Shown piece by piece: positions 59,601-64,000 of a stretch of DNA of 64,000 nucleotides; position 1 is the first letter of the stretch; every line of letters starts with the position of its first letter. The position numbers and the translations under genes were made by a program. The stretch is from Gammaproteobacteria bacterium. GTDB taxonomy: Bacteria > Pseudomonadota > Gammaproteobacteria > Poriferisulfidales > GCA-002705445. Location: contig JABGXU010000008.1 in the NCBI GenBank assembly GCA_018675635.1, positions 195,588-259,587 of the forward strand, in the 5' to 3' direction. The notes under the pieces were generated by a model. That model was not told the DNA's origin and made no database searches. It saw only the letters and a list, made by a program, of their open reading frames with translations.

Positions 59601-60143
59601 ATGAAAGACATGAAGATGAACGTAAAAACAGCAAAGAAACTAATTATTGTATGTTTTGGTATGTTTTTATTTTCTTTTGCTTTAGTGCCATTATATAACG
59701 TTATATGTGATGTAACAGGTTTAAACGGAAACACCTCTAATTTAAGAGAAAAAACTGAACAACATTCAGAAAAGATTAGTAATGAAAAATTAAATATACA
59801 GTTTATTTCTAACGAAATAAATAAAGACAAAATAGATTTTAAGCCATCGGAATTTGAAATGACAATTTCTCCTGGCAAAGTATATAGCACTTATTTTTTA
59901 GTTAGGAATAAATCTAGTTCAATTATAGAAGGTCAGGCAATACCAAGCGTTTCTCCTAATGAGGCATCAATATATTTAAATAAGATTAAGTGTTTCTGTT
60001 TTGAAAAACAGATTATCGAACCAGGAGAAGTTGTTAAACTGCCATTATATTTTTCTGTAAGCGAGAAATTACCTGTAAGAATAAAAACATTAACTTTATC
60101 ATATACATTTTTTGATTTAGTTAAAGTTTCTAAAAAAGATTAA
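59601..60143 (+). CDS. ctaG: cytochrome c oxidase assembly protein CtaG/Cox11
   Basis: 180 aa. VPLYNVICDVTGLNG and the CFCF copper-binding motif. Confidence 0.88.
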   Translation: MKDMKMNVKTAKKLIIVCFGMFLFSFALVPLYNVICDVTGLNGNTSNLREKTEQHSEKISNEKLNIQFISNEINKDKIDFKPSEFEMTISPGKVYSTYFLVRNKSSSIIEGQAIPSVSPNEASIYLNKIKCFCFEKQIIEPGEVVKLPLYFSVSEKLPVRIKTLTLSYTFFDLVKVSKKD

Positions 60144-60167
60144 TTAGAATAAAGGGGATAAATAAAA

Positions 60168-61037
60168 ATGTCAGAGTCAGGAAGTTATTACATACCTCAT
60201 GGAAGTAATTGGCCAATCATAGCATCAATAGGTGTTTGCACTACAATGGTTGGAGGTTCAATTTTATTGAATGGAAGCGATATAGGTAAATATATTTTAT
60301 TTATTGGACTAGCTATTGTTATTTATATGATCGTCGGATGGTTTAGTACAGTAGTATCTGAAAGTGAAAGGGGAATTTACGATTCACAAGTTGATTCATC
60401 TTTTAGATGGGGAATGGTTTGGTTTATTTTCTCAGAAGTAATGTTTTTTGCTGTTTTTTTTGGCGCACTTTTTTATGTTAGATCATATTCTTTGCCTTGG
60501 CTTGGTGGTGAGGGAACAGGCTTAGCAACAAACACTTTTTTATGGCCTAATTATGAAGCTGTTTGGCCTCAGACAGCCAATGGTCCAGGCGAAATTGGTG
60601 GTAAATTTGAACATATGAGTGCATGGGGACTTCCAGCACTTAATACGGCTATATTATTAACTAGTGGTTTAACATTAACATGGGCTCATCATGCTTTAAA
60701 AGAAATGAAAAGAGGTCAATTAATTGCTGGTTTATTCTTAACTGTAGCTCTTGGTTCGGTTTTTATGATTTTTCAGGCGATTGAATATGGGCATGCTTTT
60801 ACTGAGTTAAACTTAAATTTAGGTAGCGGCATATATGGGTCAACTTTTTTTATGTTAACTGGATTTCATGGTTTTCATGTAACTATCGGAACAATTATGT
60901 TGTGTGTAATTTTAGGAAGGTCAATTCGTGGTCATTTTAATCCAAAAAATCATTTTGCATTTGAAGCGGTTGCTTGGTACTGGCATTTTGTTGATGTAGT
61001 TTGGTTAGGGCTTTTTATATTTGTATATTGGATTTAG
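60168..61037 (+). CDS. coxC: cytochrome c oxidase subunit III
   Basis: 289 aa with 7 TM helices. FFMLTGFHGFHV, WYWHFVDVVW. Confidence 0.93.
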   Translation: MSESGSYYIPHGSNWPIIASIGVCTTMVGGSILLNGSDIGKYILFIGLAIVIYMIVGWFSTVVSESERGIYDSQVDSSFRWGMVWFIFSEVMFFAVFFGALFYVRSYSLPWLGGEGTGLATNTFLWPNYEAVWPQTANGPGEIGGKFEHMSAWGLPALNTAILLTSGLTLTWAHHALKEMKRGQLIAGLFLTVALGSVFMIFQAIEYGHAFTELNLNLGSGIYGSTFFMLTGFHGFHVTIGTIMLCVILGRSIRGHFNPKNHFAFEAVAWYWHFVDVVWLGLFIFVYWI

Positions 61038-61244
61038 TTAGTTCTTTATGCCGTGCGGCTGGATATAACCATACTTATACATAATTATTAATATAATAAA
61101 TAATAGGATAGATAACCCTATTCTTATTTTTAGTGCATTTACAACTCTATTTTTGTTACCCTTATCTTTTATTAAGAAAAATAATGAACCAAATAAACTT
61201 ATTATGATTAATAGAAACAAGAATATAAATATAATTTTAAACAT
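61038..61244 (-). CDS. twin-TM small protein (DUF2909/Hig1-like), opposite strand within the cox cluster
   Basis: 68 aa with two TM helices joined by a basic loop (KDKGNKNRVVNALKIR). It abuts the coxC stop with no gap. Confidence 0.5.
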   Translation of the reverse strand: MFKIIFIFLFLLIIISLFGSLFFLIKDKGNKNRVVNALKIRIGLSILLFIILIIMYKYGYIQPHGIKN

Positions 61245-61265
61245 TAATAATAAATTTTTTTGTTT

Positions 61266-61994
61266 ATGAAACTTAAATTACTTTCTAGCATTATTTTTCT
61301 ATCATGTATATCCTTATTTATTAGTTTAGGATTTTGGCAAATAGATAGAGCAAATCAAAAAGATAGTATAGTTGAATTATATAAAGATAGGCAGTTATCT
61401 CCAGTAAAGTCATTACAGACATTTAAAAATAGAGATATAAAAAAGCTACATTTTATAAATTGTAAAATAAAAGGACGATACTTAAATAAAATATTTCTTA
61501 TAGACAATAAGATCAAGAATAATCAACTAGGATTTAATGTAGTAACACCATTTCAGCTTGAGAAAGGGGGTGAAATAATAATTGTAGACAGAGGCTGGCT
61601 GCCAATTAAAGGTGCGCGGTCTGAAATAATTAATAATTTTAATTATTTAAATAATCAAAAAATTGATAAAAATGCACAGGAAATTAATGGGTATATTTAC
61701 CCAAAAGATGAGAGTTATACTATTGGAGAGATATCAACAAATAAAGAATGGCCAAGATTATTGCAAGCAATTGATTTTCAAGAAATTAATAATGATATTT
61801 CAGAAAAAGATTTATTGCTGAGTGGAGTAATATTTAGACTTGGTAAAAATAATGAATTTGGTTTTAATAGGGAGTGGGAAATAGTTTATATGGATAGCAA
61901 TAAGCATCTAGGATATGCATTTCAATGGTTTAGTTTAGCACTTGTATTTCTAGTTATGACAATAATATTTTTTTTAAGAAATAAAGATGGATAA
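61266..61994 (+). CDS. SURF1-family cytochrome oxidase biogenesis protein
   Basis: N-terminal TM followed by LGFWQIDRANQK, VDRGW.P, and a C-terminal HLGYAFQWF plus TM. Confidence 0.8.
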   Translation: MKLKLLSSIIFLSCISLFISLGFWQIDRANQKDSIVELYKDRQLSPVKSLQTFKNRDIKKLHFINCKIKGRYLNKIFLIDNKIKNNQLGFNVVTPFQLEKGGEIIIVDRGWLPIKGARSEIINNFNYLNNQKIDKNAQEINGYIYPKDESYTIGEISTNKEWPRLLQAIDFQEINNDISEKDLLLSGVIFRLGKNNEFGFNREWEIVYMDSNKHLGYAFQWFSLALVFLVMTIIFFLRNKDG

Positions 61995-62559
61995 AAAAAC
62001 AGATTATTATCTTCAAGTAAAAACAAAATTATATTTGTTACTAATTATACTGTCATTTATAGGCCCACTTATACTTGCAACAATAATGTATAAATATAGT
62101 GATGCTCTTCCTGTTGCCCCACCAAAATCATATGGAAGTCTTATTAATCCTGTAATAACAATTAGTAAAAAAGATGAATTTAATAACATATTATCTATAA
62201 AGAAATGGACGTTAATGTATGTATATGGGAGTAATTTATGTGATCTTTCATGTGAAGCTACTTTATATATGATGCATCAGGTTAGGGAATCATTAGGTAA
62301 AGACATGCAAAGAGTATCTAATATTATTGTTACAAATACTGATTTTAATAATAATGATAATAAAAGGATTATTAAAAAATATAAAAATTTAAAACAATTA
62401 GATTTAATAAATAAAAATTTATTTAAAGTATTAAAGCATAATCATCTTTATATGGTTGATCCTTTAGGTAACATATTTATGTATTACGATAAAAATTTTA
62501 AAGCTAAAGGCTTAAAAAAAGATATTAAAAAAATATTAAAAATATCAAGAATTGGTTGA
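61987..62559 (+). CDS. membrane-anchored thioredoxin-fold protein, SCO1/SenC-like (CxxxC)
   Basis: 190 aa with an N-terminal TM. WTLMYVYGSNLCDLSCEATL (CxxxC) and a later HLYMVDPLGN. Sits in the cox assembly cluster. Confidence 0.45.
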   Translation: MDKKTDYYLQVKTKLYLLLIILSFIGPLILATIMYKYSDALPVAPPKSYGSLINPVITISKKDEFNNILSIKKWTLMYVYGSNLCDLSCEATLYMMHQVRESLGKDMQRVSNIIVTNTDFNNNDNKRIIKKYKNLKQLDLINKNLFKVLKHNHLYMVDPLGNIFMYYDKNFKAKGLKKDIKKILKISRIG

Positions 62560-62568
62560 TAAAATTTT

Positions 62569-63594
62569 ATGATAAAAATTAATTATTATTTGTTGTTTGT
62601 TATATTTACTGCATTTGCTGTTATTACATTAGGAGCATATGTTAGATTATCTGACGCTGGTTTAGGTTGTCCAGATTGGCCAGGCTGCTATGGCCATTTA
62701 ATTGGGATACCAAATAATACTTCTGAGATTGTTGCGGCTGAAAATAATTTTTTTGGAACAACTTTTGATGTTATTAAAGCATGGAAAGAAATGATTCATA
62801 GATATCTTGCTGGTTTTTTAGGTATTTTAATATTCATTATATCGCTTATATTTTATAAAAATAATGTTCATAATATTTTTAAATTGTCTGCAATAATATC
62901 TGTTTTGGTAATAATGCAAGCTATTCTTGGAATGCTTACAGTCACTTTTCAACTTCAGCCATTAATTGTAATGTTTCATTTATTAGGCGGTTTAACAATA
63001 ATAACTTTATTATGGTTAATTTTTTTAAGGTTCAATAAAAACAGTTATTTTAGTGAAAGTGAGTTTGTTGTTAATGCCATGAATTACCAAATTAATATGC
63101 TATTAATGTTTGGATATGCAACTCTTATTGTTTTAGTAATTCAAATAATGCTTGGTGGGTGGACTAGTACAAATTATGCTGCATTAGCATGCCCTGATTT
63201 TCCAAAATGTAATACATTTTGGTGGCCTGATATGAATTTTAGTGATGCTTTTATGGTTCAATTTACCACAGGATTAAATTATGAATTTGGCAGACTAGAT
63301 AGCCCTGCACGAGTTGCAATACATTTTAGTCATAGAATTTGGGCAATTTTAGTAACTTTTATGATTTTAGCATTATCAGTAATTTCCTATAATATAATTA
63401 AAGTTTCGTACCAAAAAATTATTTCATATTTATTAGTATTTTTTTTATTAATTCAAGTTTTACTTGGAATACTCAATGTAAAGATGAGTTTGCCAATATA
63501 TATAGCAGTTGCTCATAATGGAAATGCTGCTCTTTTATTGATGTGCTTAGTAACGCAATTATATTTCATAAGAAATGTAAAAAATAATTTATAA
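62569..63594 (+). CDS. ctaA: heme A synthase (COX15/CtaA)
   Basis: 341 aa, polytopic. YVRLSDAGLGCPDWPGCYG, and His pairs in TM helices (HRYLA, FHLLGG, HFSHR, VAHNG). Confidence 0.8.
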   Translation: MIKINYYLLFVIFTAFAVITLGAYVRLSDAGLGCPDWPGCYGHLIGIPNNTSEIVAAENNFFGTTFDVIKAWKEMIHRYLAGFLGILIFIISLIFYKNNVHNIFKLSAIISVLVIMQAILGMLTVTFQLQPLIVMFHLLGGLTIITLLWLIFLRFNKNSYFSESEFVVNAMNYQINMLLMFGYATLIVLVIQIMLGGWTSTNYAALACPDFPKCNTFWWPDMNFSDAFMVQFTTGLNYEFGRLDSPARVAIHFSHRIWAILVTFMILALSVISYNIIKVSYQKIISYLLVFFLLIQVLLGILNVKMSLPIYIAVAHNGNAALLLMCLVTQLYFIRNVKNNL

Positions 63595-63602
63595 AATTTA
63601 AA

Positions 63603-64000
63603 ATGGTTAATTCTAAAATTATTAAAGCATACATTGAATCTTCAAAACCTAGAGTTGTTTTACTAATGATATTTACTTCTTTTATTGGAATGCTTTTAGC
63701 AAACCCATTATCTATTAATTTAAAAGTTTTAATTTTAGGAAATCTTGGAATAGCTATGATGTCATTATCAGCTGGCTCTATTAACCAATTACTAGATCAA
63801 AGAATTGATAGAATTATGTCTAGAACTAAAGGCAGGCCTTTACCTGCAGGAATATTAACTACAAAAAATGTAGTTATTTATTCTTTATTAATGTCAGTTA
63901 TTGGATTTTTTATATTATTTTATTATATAAATATTCTTACAGCTTGGCTAACTTTCGGCTCTTTAATTGGATACGCTTTTATATATACACTTTATTTAAA
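63603..64000 (+). CDS. cyoE: protoheme IX farnesyltransferase (heme O synthase), N-terminal part; continues beyond the window
   Basis: Manual translation: MVNSKIIKAYIESSKPRVVLLMIFTSFIGMLLA...NQLLDQRIDRIMSRTKGRPLPAG. This is the UbiA-family D-rich motif. Open to the window edge. Confidence 0.85.
   Translation, partial: MVNSKIIKAYIESSKPRVVLLMIFTSFIGMLLANPLSINLKVLILGNLGIAMMSLSAGSINQLLDQRIDRIMSRTKGRPLPAGILTTKNVVIYSLLMSVIGFFILFYYINILTAWLTFGSLIGYAFIYTLYL

Noticed and set aside
1-64000. Search for CRISPR arrays, IS elements or transposases, integrases, prophage genes, rRNA, and known defence or secondary-metabolite clusters
   Set aside because: I saw no regularly spaced direct repeats, terminal inverted repeats flanking a transposase-like ORF, recombinase motifs or rRNA-like conserved stretches. 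No such features are called.

Overview
AT-rich (about 30% GC by eye), very gene-dense chromosomal segment that looks like a streamlined gammaproteobacterium. Markers for this are Fis, CmoA/CmoB, YggX and the gshB-ruvX-pyrR-pyrB-pyrC' synteny. I support about 80 protein genes and one tRNA-Phe(GAA). I saw no rRNA, CRISPR array, transposase, integrase or phage genes. Most of the window is core metabolism: a SAM-cycle block (cmoA-cmoB-metK-ahcY), rsmE-gshB-ruvX, pyrimidine genes, yggS-proC-yggT, metXW, rph-rdgB, rpmE, dsbD, aroQ-accBC-fis, purHD, rho and trxA. It also holds folate genes, rpmB-rpmG, a tkt-gap-pgk-pyk-fba block, plsY, bioHC, and a complete aa3 cytochrome c oxidase structural and assembly cluster (DUF2244-like, coxB, coxA, ctaG, coxC, SURF1, SCO-like, ctaA, ctaB). 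Many genes overlap by 1-18 nt, including convergent pairs, so the few long spacers stand out. Five non-core pockets deserve a second look. (1) At 14.1-15.0 kb, an MbcA/ParS-type (DUF2384-like) antitoxin homologue sits directly upstream of a eukaryote-like SET-domain methyltransferase, in the slot where a RES toxin normally sits. This lies in a small accessory-looking stretch between metW and tRNA-Phe. (2) At 52.8-56.4 kb, fnr is divergent from an operon of two GST-like genes, a divergent AlkB-type membrane di-iron hydroxylase and a small membrane protein, with a perfect FNR box at class II spacing between them. (3) At 42.4-43.8 kb, a Cys-rich lipoprotein is divergent from an FkbO/XanB2-type chorismatase. 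(4) A 465-bp non-coding gap upstream of rpmE carries a palindromic DnaA-box pair. (5) A GC-richer, SAM-II/V-like motif lies upstream of metX. All functional calls come from by-eye motif and synteny recognition; no searches were run.
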